Source of the DNA: an uncultured Verrucomicrobiae bacterium
Lineage (GTDB): Bacteria; Verrucomicrobiota; Verrucomicrobiia; Chthoniobacterales; UBA10450
Assembly (NCBI GenBank): GCA_963834385.1
Contig: CAWIBO010000002.1
Coordinates: forward strand, 768,001-832,000
DNA length: 64,000 nt
Direction: 5' to 3'
The position numbers and the translations under genes were made by a program. The notes beneath the pieces are model-generated. The model was not told the origin of the DNA. It searched no databases and saw nothing but the letters and a program-made list of their open reading frames with translations. Positions within the stretch are counted from its first letter, which is position 1, and each line of letters begins with the position of its first letter. Positions 49,576-59,400 of the stretch are shown one piece after another.

Positions 49576-50679
49576 CTATTTCAACGCGGGCGCGGCGAGT
49601 CCGCGCTGCGTGACGAGGTAGACGGCGAAACTCCCGAGCCAGTGGCCCCCCTCGTAGTGTTCGCCCGTCACCGCCGCCAGTCCGGCCCGGCGATGGGCCG
49701 CCGCCGCCGTCGCGAGAGCCTGGCGCCGCGGATCTTCCGCGGGCAGGCCTGCACGTATGCCCTCCAGCATCCAGGCCCGGCTGAGATTCAGGCCGTCCAG
49801 ATGCGCCAGTTTCGGGTCGCTCGGATCGGGCGAGACCGCCACCGGCAGCCATTCCTTTTCGTCGCCCGCCGGGATTTGCGGAAGGAACTCGCGCAGCCAC
49901 TTTGCAAACTCCGCCGGGGTGAGGACGCGCCGCACTGCATCGGCTTCCCCGAGGCATGGGGAAAGGAAATCTTCCCCCGAGGGTTCGTAAGAGAGGGGAC
50001 AGTTCCGGTCGGCCAGGTAGAAATCCCTGATCCGGCCAGTCAACAGGGTGACCAGGCCGGCATCCTCCCGGCTTCGGGCGTAATCCAGCAGCAGGCCAAG
50101 GGCGAAGGCCGTCTGGTTATGTTCGCCGATCCGGACCGGGTGCGAAAGCTTCGGCAGCCATTGTGTGAGACGTTCGTGCGCGGCTTTTTCCAAAGGCTGC
50201 AGACTGGCCAGGAGTCGCCGGCCCAGCGGATCGTCCCATTCGCGGAGTTCCGCGCTCAACTGCATCAGCCAGGCAAGGCCGTAGGGGCGTTCAAAACTGC
50301 TCCGGCCGGCGCCACGCAGGTAGGCGGCTTCCTTCTCCAGATTCTCTTTGCTCAGACTTCGCGCCAGGGCAGCGCGCGCCTCCTCGGCAAAAGGCGCGTC
50401 CGGGAAGGTGCGAACCAGACGCACCAAAAGCCAGTGCCCATGCACCGAGGAATGCCAGTCGTAGCAGCCGTAGAACGCCGGGGTCAGTTCGCGCGGCGGC
50501 CGTGCGTCCGCGTCGCCTTGGAGGACATGGCTGATCTTGTTTGGATATTCCTTCGCCACGCAATCGAGCGCGAGCCGGGCAAAGCGTTCCCCTGCCGCGA
50601 CATCAAACCCGGCGGGTTCGGCGGCCTGGAGGCGGGCGAGCAGGCAGAAGATAGGGAAAAGCAGGGCAACCCGTTTCAT
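49576..50679 (-). CDS. DUF2891-like exported protein
   Basis: Motifs EYPNK, PAFYGCYDWHSSVHGHW, FERPYGLAW, HLDGLNLSRAW and YEGGHWLGSFA. Confidence 0.82.
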   Translation of the reverse strand: MKRVALLFPIFCLLARLQAAEPAGFDVAAGERFARLALDCVAKEYPNKISHVLQGDADARPPRELTPAFYGCYDWHSSVHGHWLLVRLVRTFPDAPFAEEARAALARSLSKENLEKEAAYLRGAGRSSFERPYGLAWLMQLSAELREWDDPLGRRLLASLQPLEKAAHERLTQWLPKLSHPVRIGEHNQTAFALGLLLDYARSREDAGLVTLLTGRIRDFYLADRNCPLSYEPSGEDFLSPCLGEADAVRRVLTPAEFAKWLREFLPQIPAGDEKEWLPVAVSPDPSDPKLAHLDGLNLSRAWMLEGIRAGLPAEDPRRQALATAAAAHRRAGLAAVTGEHYEGGHWLGSFAVYLVTQRGLAAPALK

Positions 50680-50751
50680 TCCCGACTCATACGCCCAAAA
50701 CCGCCCTCTGGCACGCGCGGGGCCGGGTCGTGACGTTCTGCCGGTTCCTGT

Positions 50752-52290
50752 TCAGGCCACCTCGGCCAGGACGCGTTCGCGGAGCGAGGCGCTGCTGGCG
50801 ATCGTTTCCCGCAGCAGATGGCGGGACTCCGGCAACGGACGGACGCGCAGGCAGATCTGGTAGGCGAAGAGCGACCGCGAAAATCGGATCAGGAGACGAT
50901 TCAGAAAGAGAAGCGCGCGGCTGGCGCGATGGTGGCCAAGCGCGAGCGGGAACGGCGCCGGGACGCCGCGGGTCTCGAGCACTTCGTAGCCGGCCTGTTC
51001 CACGAGCGCGCGGAGCGAGCGGAAAGTGAAGAGGCGCCGGTGACCCAGCCCGAGAATGCCTTTGCGGCTGTAGTTGAACTGGCCGCAGGCGAGCATCCCT
51101 CGGGTGACAAAGAAGGCGACGTTGGCCGCGGTCAGGATCACCTCAGGCCGGCGGCCCTCCATGCGCCGGCGCATTTCGTCCATGAAACTTTCCGGATCGT
51201 GCATGTGCTCGATCAGGTCCATCAGCAGGATGTGATCGTAGCGCCCCAGGTCGCGGGGGAGGCGCGGGGCCGGGACGGAAGGGGCGGCCCCCTCGCCCGC
51301 AATCTCGTTCGCGGCAAAGTCGATGGCCTCCACCTTGCAAAGACGCTCTCTCAGCTCCGCCGCGACATTGGCGTGCCCGAGCCCGAGCTGCAGCACGTGT
51401 CGGCCGGCCGGGCAGGACTCCACCGCGAAAGTTTGCGAGGAGCAAAAGCCGAGCTTGTCGCTGTGCGGGCCGGTGGAGGGATTGACGTCAAATTTCCGGT
51501 CGTAAAAGAGATGAATCCCGCAAAGGCGCGCCTTGACCGTGGAACGGAAGACATCCCAGGCATATTTCATCCCGTTGACGTGACAAACCTCGTCGCCATA
51601 AAAGGTCGGGATCGGGAGTTCCGCGATCCGGAGCTTGCGCAGGACGAACTGGATGATGATCTCCGTGTCGAAATGGAAATCGCCGGTGTTCCGCTCGAAC
51701 GGGACCTCCCTGAGGGCGCGGGTGGTGTAAAGGCGGTAGCCGGTATGGAACTCCGAGAGCCGGGTCCCGAGCATCCGGTTCTGGAAAGCGGTCAGGATCT
51801 GGTTGCCGATCCACTTGTAGGCCGGCATCCCGCCCGCCCGGGCGGCCCGCTTGTCGATCATGCGCGAACCAAAGACCGCATCGGCCTGGTCGTGCAGGAG
51901 CGGCGGGAGCAGGTCCGGGAGTTTTTCCGGGGCATACTGGCCGTCCCCGTGCACCAGGGCGACGATATCGAAGCCGTGATCGATGGCGTAGCGATAACCG
52001 AGTTTCTGGTTGCCGCCGTAGCCCTGGTTTGAGGGGGTGCGCAGGACCGTGATCTTGCAGGCAGCGTGGCGCTCCTGAAACCGAAGTCCGCGGGAGAAAG
52101 TGCTGTCCCGCGAGGAATCGTCGATGATCAGGACCTCGACATTCTCCTGCTGCAGCGAGGCCGGGATGCGCCGGAGAACCTGTTCGATGGTGCTCTCGGC
52201 GTTATAGGCGACGATGAAGATAAGCAGGCGTTTTCCGCGAAGATCCAGGCGATCAGCGGCGGCCGCGGGGTTGAGCAGCGGGTGGCGCAT
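50752..52290 (-). CDS. Bifunctional GT2 glycosyltransferase / SAM-dependent methyltransferase-like protein
   Basis: GT2 part: IVAYNAE, IDDSS.D, NQGYGGNQK, VHGDGQY and EFHTGYR. C-terminal methyltransferase-like domain: DLIEH..DP and H.RLFT. Confidence 0.82.
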   Translation of the reverse strand: MRHPLLNPAAAADRLDLRGKRLLIFIVAYNAESTIEQVLRRIPASLQQENVEVLIIDDSSRDSTFSRGLRFQERHAACKITVLRTPSNQGYGGNQKLGYRYAIDHGFDIVALVHGDGQYAPEKLPDLLPPLLHDQADAVFGSRMIDKRAARAGGMPAYKWIGNQILTAFQNRMLGTRLSEFHTGYRLYTTRALREVPFERNTGDFHFDTEIIIQFVLRKLRIAELPIPTFYGDEVCHVNGMKYAWDVFRSTVKARLCGIHLFYDRKFDVNPSTGPHSDKLGFCSSQTFAVESCPAGRHVLQLGLGHANVAAELRERLCKVEAIDFAANEIAGEGAAPSVPAPRLPRDLGRYDHILLMDLIEHMHDPESFMDEMRRRMEGRRPEVILTAANVAFFVTRGMLACGQFNYSRKGILGLGHRRLFTFRSLRALVEQAGYEVLETRGVPAPFPLALGHHRASRALLFLNRLLIRFSRSLFAYQICLRVRPLPESRHLLRETIASSASLRERVLAEVA

Positions 52291-52347
52291 ACGGCGGAAA
52301 AACAGCTAGAACCGGGCCATAAAGCGCCCCGGCGACTCCCTCCTGGA

Positions 52348-52557
52348 AAGGTAGGGCGAGACTCCGTCGAGCCTGGGAGCAGGCGAACCAGGAGATTTAC
52401 CGCAGAGGGCACAGAGGAAGACGAAGGGCCGGGAGTTAGCCCTCGTCGCGACTTCGCTTCACAGGTGGCGGCGCGTGCTCTCAGGCTCGACGGAGTCTCG
52501 CCCTACCGGAGAAGCCAGCCGCCCCTACGATTCACCATTCACGACTCACGATTCACG
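52348..52557. repeat. Intergenic REPIN-like composite: inverted GTAG arms, nested nonamer-family arm and heptamer array
   Basis: Perfect 26-nt inverted repeat at 52350-52375 and 52482-52507; tttaccgcagagggcacagagg at 52396-52417; acgattcaccattcacgactcacgattcacg at 52527-52557. Confidence 0.88.
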
Positions 52558-52577
52558 CCCTCGTTCCCCAGGAAACC

Positions 52578-54392
52578 TTACCCGCTGGCCCCGTTCCGAC
52601 CCGGTCCCGCCGATTTCCCGAGGACGACGTCGGCCGTGGCCAGCAGCGCCTCGTCGTCGTTCTCGCCCAGCCCGGCGAGCATTGTCCGGATCCGGCGGAA
52701 AGAACGGCGCAGGAAAAGATCGGCCACCTGGCCATCGCGCGGCGCGCTTCCCCCATTCCGGTGCGCGGCTTTCAGCTCGGCGTCGCGCCGGCTCAGCACG
52801 CAGGCCGAGGCAAACATCTCCATGGCCGCGCCGGCAATGCGTTCCTGCAGCAGCTGCATGTCGAGGATCGGCTCCCGGTAGGTGATCAGGGCCTTGTTCA
52901 CCGCGAGGTTGAAACGCCAGATCAGGCGGCCAAGCTGGCCGGCCTGGCCGCGCAGTTCTTCGCTTTCCACCGGCACGCCCGGGATCCTGACCGAGGAAAG
53001 ACGGGCCATCCCCGCCTGCCACGCTTTTCCGATACCGCCGCCGCGCGTGGGCGACATCATGGTGTCGTAGATCTCCTTGAATTCCATGCCCGGTCCGCGC
53101 ATCCCGACCAGCGCGATAAACGAGGTCAGGACTTCGTTGCTCCCCTCGCCGATCTGGTTGATCCGGGCGTCGCGGAGCATGCGCCCAAGCGGCGAATCGT
53201 CGAAGTAAGCCGAGCCGCCATGAATCTGGAAAGTGTCGTTGACCGCATCCCAGAGGCGCTCGGTCGTGAAGACCTTCAACATCGCCGTCTCGATCATGTA
53301 ATCCTCCAGGCCGCGGTCGATGAGCGACGCCGTCACCGAGGTCATCGCCTCCATCGCGTAAAGATCAGCGGCCATTCGCCCGATCTTCTGTTTCACGAGG
53401 TCGAAATCGCCGAGGGTTTTATTGAACTGCCGGCGCTGGTTGGCGTGTTCCACCGCGAGACGGAGGCAGGTGCGCGCCGCGCCGGTGCAACAGGCGCCGA
53501 ACGTGGTCCGCCCGAAATCGAGCACGGTCAGGGCCACCCGCAGGCCTTTGCCGATCGGGCCGAGCACATTTTCCTTCGGCACCCTGACGTTGCGCAGGGC
53601 AAAACGTCCGGTGGCGGTGCCGCGAATGCCGAGCTTCGGCATGCGCGGCTCCAGCATGGTGAACCCCGGCATGTCGGGCGTGACCAGGAAGGCCGTGATC
53701 GCGGTTTTGCCCGGCTTGTCCGGCACAGGCGTGCGCGCCATGACGGTCAGGACCTGCGCGATGGAGGCGTTGGTGATGTAACGCTTTTCACCGTTCAGAA
53801 CATAATGACTGCCATCCTCGCTCGGGACCGCCTGCGTCTGGACATTGGCCGCATCGGAGCCCGCCTGTTCCTCGGTCAGGGCAAAGGCGGCGAGCTTTTC
53901 GCCCGAGACGAGCGGCGGGAGCCAGCGCGCCTTCTGGTCACGCGTCCCAAAAAGAAGCAAGGCGCGGATGCCGATGGAATGGTGCGCGTTGGTGAACACG
54001 GAGGTGGAGGCGCAGCGGGCCCCGATCTCCTCCAGGACCCGGCAATAGGCCATCTGCGAGAATCCGCGGCCGCCGAACTCTTTCGGCGCGGTCATCCCGA
54101 GCACACCGGTCCGGGCCAGGCCCTCCACCACGTGCGGCGGAATGTCCGCCGTCCGGTCGATCTCCACCGGGTCGAGCTCGGCCTCGAGAAAGGCGGTCAC
54201 TTCCTTCAAGGCCTGGTCCAGCTCCGTTTGCTGGGCCGCAGGCAGGCGCGGATACGGCATGGTCCAGTCGGCGATGAATTTTCCGAGAAAAAGGCCCTTC
54301 GCGAAACCGAGTTCCTGGCGCCCGGCGAAGAGAAGTTCCTCCGCCTGCTGCATCTCTTTCTCGCGCTGAATTTCCGCCTCGGTTTTTGCCAT
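52578..54392 (-). CDS. Acyl-CoA dehydrogenase (VLCAD/ACAD9-like length)
   Basis: Motifs FALTE..AGSDA, LNGEKRYITN, KLGIRG, RRQF, QIHGG and RDARI..IGEGSNEV. Confidence 0.92.
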   Translation of the reverse strand: MAKTEAEIQREKEMQQAEELLFAGRQELGFAKGLFLGKFIADWTMPYPRLPAAQQTELDQALKEVTAFLEAELDPVEIDRTADIPPHVVEGLARTGVLGMTAPKEFGGRGFSQMAYCRVLEEIGARCASTSVFTNAHHSIGIRALLLFGTRDQKARWLPPLVSGEKLAAFALTEEQAGSDAANVQTQAVPSEDGSHYVLNGEKRYITNASIAQVLTVMARTPVPDKPGKTAITAFLVTPDMPGFTMLEPRMPKLGIRGTATGRFALRNVRVPKENVLGPIGKGLRVALTVLDFGRTTFGACCTGAARTCLRLAVEHANQRRQFNKTLGDFDLVKQKIGRMAADLYAMEAMTSVTASLIDRGLEDYMIETAMLKVFTTERLWDAVNDTFQIHGGSAYFDDSPLGRMLRDARINQIGEGSNEVLTSFIALVGMRGPGMEFKEIYDTMMSPTRGGGIGKAWQAGMARLSSVRIPGVPVESEELRGQAGQLGRLIWRFNLAVNKALITYREPILDMQLLQERIAGAAMEMFASACVLSRRDAELKAAHRNGGSAPRDGQVADLFLRRSFRRIRTMLAGLGENDDEALLATADVVLGKSAGPGRNGASG

Positions 54393-54514
54393 AAGTAAAA
54401 AATGTGACCCCGCCGTCGGCGGTGGGGAACCTTAGTCAGCACGGCTGGCCTGTCCACCGGGGCCGCGTTTTCGGGGATGACCGCGCGGCATTGCCGACTA
54501 CCTTGTTCCCCCTC

Positions 54515-56293
54515 ATGAGAACCCTTCTGCTTGCCCTCTCCCTTTCCTTTTTTCTTGGCCACGTCGTGCGCGGGGAAGCGGACCCGGCGGCGACCAAGGC
54601 GTTGCACGCCTTCCTCGAGGCGGAATGGGAATATGCGCTGGAACAAAATCCGACCTTTGCCTCGTCCCTCGGTGACCGGCGCTGGAACGATCGCTGGAAC
54701 GACGTCAGCCTCGAAGCGGTCCAAAAACGCCAGGAGCACACGCGCGCGGCGTTGGAGCGGCTGCAGGGGATTGACCGGGCCAAACTCAGCCCGGCGGACC
54801 AGCTTAACCACGATCTCTATCGCAAGGAGCTGGAATACGACATTGCCGGGTTTCGTTTTCGCCAGGAACTGCTCCCGATCGCCCAGCAGGGCGGCGTGCA
54901 GACCGCCGACGAACTGCGGGAACAGCTCCGGTTCCAGACAGTGAAAGATTACGAGGACTGGCTTGCGAGGTTGCGGGCCCTTCCCACCCTGGTCGACCAG
55001 ACCATCGCGCTTCTGCAGGAGGGAGTGAAGGAGAAGATCGTCTGGCCCCGCGTAGTTCTGGCGCGCGTCCCGGCACAGATAGACAAGCAGATCGTCGAGA
55101 ACCCGGAGACCAGTCCGTTCTTCATCCCTTTCCGCAAGTTCCCCGACGAGATCAGCGAGGCCGACCGGAAACGCCTTGCCGGGGCCGGGCGCGAAGCGAT
55201 CGCGCAGCGGATCGTCCCCGCGATGAAGAAGCTGAAGACCTATTTTACGGAGGAGTATTTGCCGGCCGCGCCGGAGAAAGCCGGCATCTGGCAATGGCCG
55301 GCCGGCGGGGATCTTTATTCCTATCTCGCCGCCCGGTTTACCACCACGAACCTGACCCCGGAGGAGATTCATCAGCGCGGCCTGACCGAGGTGGCCCGCA
55401 TCCGCGCCGGGATGGAGAAAATCAAGGAGCAGGTCGGGTTCAAGGGGACGCTGGCGGAATTTTTCACCAAGCTCCGCACCGATCCGCAGTTCTTTTGCAA
55501 AACGCCGGAGGAACTCCTCGAAACCTACCGGGCGGTTTCCAAGCGAATCGACCCCGAGCTGGTGAAATGTTTCAAGACCATGCCGCGCATGCCTTACGGG
55601 GTGACCCCGATCCCGGCCAACATCGCGCCCGACACCACCACGGCCTATTACAACCAGCCAGCGGCGGACGGCTCACGGGCCGGCCAATATTACGTCAATC
55701 TCTACAAACCGGAGACGCGACCCAAGTGGGAGATGATGGCGCTTTCGCTCCACGAGGCCGTGCCCGGCCATCATTTCCAGATCGCGCTCGCTCAGGAACT
55801 TGGGGAAATCCCGAAGTTTCGCCGCTACGGCTACGGTTACACCGCCTACGTGGAAGGCTGGGGTCTCTACGCGGAATCGCTCGGCGAAGAGATGGGACTC
55901 TACGAGGATCCCTACGACAAGTTCGGGCAGCTCACCTACGAAATGTGGCGGGCGGTCCGCCTCGTGGTCGACACCGGCCTGCACGAGATGAAATGGGATC
56001 GCCAGCGCGCCATCGATTATTTCAAGGAGAACGCGGCCAAGGCGGAGAACGACATCGTCAACGAGATCGACCGTTACATCACCAACCCGGGCCAGGCGCT
56101 GGCCTACAAAATCGGCGAGATGAAGATCAAGGAACTGCGCGCGCGCGCGACCGGCACGCTCGGCGACCGCTTTGACCTCCGCGAATTCCACGACGTCGTC
56201 CTTCTCTCGGGCGCGGTCCCGCTCGACGTCCTCGAGGGCCGGGTGAACGACTGGGTCGGTTCGGTCAAAACCGGCGCGACGGTTCCTCGCTGA
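54515..56293 (+). CDS. DUF885 family exported metallopeptidase-like protein
   Basis: Signal peptide; LHEAVPGHHFQ, AYVEGWGLYAE, RAVRLVVDTGLH and PGQALAYKIG. Confidence 0.88.
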   Translation: MRTLLLALSLSFFLGHVVRGEADPAATKALHAFLEAEWEYALEQNPTFASSLGDRRWNDRWNDVSLEAVQKRQEHTRAALERLQGIDRAKLSPADQLNHDLYRKELEYDIAGFRFRQELLPIAQQGGVQTADELREQLRFQTVKDYEDWLARLRALPTLVDQTIALLQEGVKEKIVWPRVVLARVPAQIDKQIVENPETSPFFIPFRKFPDEISEADRKRLAGAGREAIAQRIVPAMKKLKTYFTEEYLPAAPEKAGIWQWPAGGDLYSYLAARFTTTNLTPEEIHQRGLTEVARIRAGMEKIKEQVGFKGTLAEFFTKLRTDPQFFCKTPEELLETYRAVSKRIDPELVKCFKTMPRMPYGVTPIPANIAPDTTTAYYNQPAADGSRAGQYYVNLYKPETRPKWEMMALSLHEAVPGHHFQIALAQELGEIPKFRRYGYGYTAYVEGWGLYAESLGEEMGLYEDPYDKFGQLTYEMWRAVRLVVDTGLHEMKWDRQRAIDYFKENAAKAENDIVNEIDRYITNPGQALAYKIGEMKIKELRARATGTLGDRFDLREFHDVVLLSGAVPLDVLEGRVNDWVGSVKTGATVPR

Positions 56294-56349
56294 GACGGTC
56301 CGGCGGCAGGGAGGGCACCGCCACTGTCTTCGGGCGAAACACCCCGGAT

Positions 56350-56438
56350 CCGCTGAGGACAACGGACGCTACCGTGCGCCCACGCTCCGCCACCGTTGTC
56401 CGCTCTTCCACGCTGTAGCGTGCGCCGTCCCCGGCGCA
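56350..56438. repeat. Two divergent degenerate GTAG-type REP-like arms (third family)
   Basis: The reverse complement of 56350-56372 (gtagcgtccgttgtcctcagcgg) resembles gtagcgtgcgccgtccccggcgc at 56415-56437. Confidence 0.55.
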
Positions 56439-56462
56439 TCCCCCACCCGATTGACGTTGAAC

Positions 56463-59400
56463 TTAGCTGCAACCCTGGCTGGTCCCGCACTCGGTGCAGA
56501 CCCCGCAGGCGCCGGCCCGGATCACCTTGTCGCTCCCGCAATGCGAGCAGGCCACGTCCATGAACATGTTGCCCAGCGCTTCCTTCACCCGGTCGGCATA
56601 CGTCTCGAGATGTCCGTTGCTCGGTTTCCCCTCGTTCGGGGCGTGGTTCATGACCACGTCGAGCACCTCTTTCTCGGCGGTCCGGGAAAGATCGGCCACC
56701 GGACGATTGAGCGCCTTCTTCTCCATCTCGGGAATTTCCTTCATCGGCAGCTCGCTCTGGCCGCGGTGCGGCGAGGTCGCCTCCTTGTAGCCCTTGATGA
56801 ACTGGCAGCCGAGCCAGCGGAAAACGTAATCGGTGATGCTGGTCGCGTTCCGGATATCGGGGTTCTTGGTGAACCCGCTCGGCTCAAACCGCTGGTAGGC
56901 GAATTTCTTCACCATGCTCTCCAGCGGCACGCCGTATTGGAGCGAGAGCGAGGTCAGGGTCGCGACGGTGTCCATCAGGCCCCCAATCGTGCTGCCTTCC
57001 TTGGCCATCTGGATGAAAAGCTCGCCCGGCTGGCCATCCTCGTAGAGGCCCACCGTGATATAGCCTTCGTGCCCGGCAATCTCGAACTTGTGCGTCAACG
57101 ACATGCGCGTGTCCGGCATGCGATGCCGCACCGGTCGCCCGCGCAGCGCGGCGATCTCTTCCTCCAGCTCGAGGATGCGCTGGTCGAGCATCTCCCGGCT
57201 GACCCCGGCGTCGAGGGCCGGGTCGCCGGCGGTTCCGCCCATGTCGCGCGTTTTCTTCACGTTCAGCGGGGCCGAGCGCTTGGAGTTGTCGCGGTAAATG
57301 GCAATCGCCTTCAGCCCGAGTTTCCATCCCTCGATGTAGGTGTGCATGATCTCGTCCACGCTCGCGGCTTCCGGCATGTTGACCGTCTTGGAGATGGCGC
57401 CGCTCAGGAACGGCTGGGCCGCCGCCATCATTCGCAGGTGCCCCATGTAACCGAGGCTGCGTTTGCCGTTGGCCGGCTTGAAAGCGCAGTCGAAAATCGG
57501 CAGGTGCTCGTTCCTTAACCCGGAGGAAATGGTGGAACCGTCGGTGTCGAGCACGTCCTCGATCGTGTCGAAAGCGTCGATGTGGGCGATGATTCCTTCC
57601 ACCTCCTCGGAATTGTAGCCCAGCTTCTCCAGCGCCGGCTTGACCGTCTGGTTCACGATCTTGAGCATGCCGCCCCCGGCCAGGAGCTTGTATTTCACCA
57701 GGGCGATGTCGGGCTCGATGCCGGTGGTGTCGCAGTCCATCAGGAAACTGATCGTGCCGGTGGGGGCGAGCACGGTGACCTGCGCGTTCCGGTAGCCGTG
57801 CCGTTTCCCGAGCGCGGCCGCCCGGTCCCAACTGGCAATGGCTTCCTCTTTCAGGAAGGCGAACTCCTCGCTCGCGCCGATCTCCGCCGTGGCCGCGCGA
57901 TGCAGCTCGATCACTTCCTGCATGGCGGCGACGTTGTCCTTCGCTTCCGGCTTGTCCACCCCGCTGCAGCGCGCGTCCCGGTAGCCGGCAAACGGTCCCA
58001 TGGCCCGGGCCAGGGCCGCACTCTGGTGGTAGGATTCGCCCGTCATGATCGCGGTGATGGCGCCGCAGAGGGCGCGCGCCTCGTCGGAATCGTAACCGTA
58101 GCCGTAGCTCATGATGAGCGAGCCGAGGTTGGCGTAGCCGAGCCCGAGCGTCCGGAAAATGTGCGAGTTCTCCGCGATCTCCTTGATCGGGTAACTGGCG
58201 TTGTCGACCAGGATCTCCTGCGCGGTGATGTAGATGCGCACCGCGGCCTTGAACCGTTCCGCGTCGAAGTGGCCCTCGGCATCCTTGAACTTCATCAGGT
58301 TAAGCGAGGCCAGGTTGCAGGCGGTGTTATCGAGAAAAAGATACTCGCTGCAGGGATTGGTCGAGTTCTGCCGGGCCGTGCCCTTGCAGGTGTGCCATTT
58401 GTGGATGGTGCTGTCGAACTGCATCCCGGGATCGCCGCAGACATGCGTCCCTTCCGCGATCTTGCGCAGGAGCGTCCGCGCGTCCTTGGTCTCGCACAGT
58501 TTTCCGTCGATCACCCGGCGGGTCTGCCATTCGCGCCCTTCCACGGCCGCTTCCATGAAATCGTCGCTCACGCGCAGGCTCAAATTCTCGTTCTGGTACA
58601 TGACCGAGCCGTAGGCGTCGCCATTGTAACTGCCGTCATAGCCCTGCTCGATCAGCGCCCAGGCCTTGCGCTCTTCCCGCTGTTTTGCCTCGATGAATTC
58701 CTCAACGTCGGGGTGCCAGTCCTTCAGGGTGTTCATCTTCGCGGCGCGCCGGGTTTTCCCGCCGCTTTTCACCACGTTCGCGACCTGGTCGTAGACCTTG
58801 AGAAAGGAAAGGGGGCCGCTCGGCTTGCCGCCGCCGCTCAGTTTTTCCCGGGTGCTGCGCAGGGTGGACAGATCGCTCCCGGTGCCGCTGCCGTATTTGA
58901 AGAGCATCGCCTCGCTCATGGCCAGGCGCATGATGTCTTCCATGGTGTCCTGGACCGACTGGATGAAGCAGGCGCTTCCCTGCGGATATTCGTACTGGCT
59001 CGCGGCGCGCTCGGCCTGGCCGGTGGACCGGTTGTAATAGTAGTTCCCGGCGCCGGCGTCGCGGCCGATCCCGTATTGGTGGTAAAGGCCGACGTTGAAC
59101 CAGACAGGCGAATTAAAGGCGCCATGCTGGTTCAGGCAGAGCCAGGTCAGCTCGTCGTAGAAGGTCTCCGCCGTCTCGCTGTCGGCAAAATAACCGTCAG
59201 CTATGCCCCAATCGGTGATGGTGCGGGTGACCCGGTGGATCAGTTGCCGGACGGAGGTTTCCCGGCCGCCTTTGTGCGGGTCGGTCCCGTTGGCGATGTC
59301 GCCGTAGAAATACTTGGAAACGGCGATTTTGGTCGCGAGCGGGCTCCAGCTCTTGGGCACCTCGATCTTTTCCTGCTTGAAGATCACTTTCCCGCTGTCG

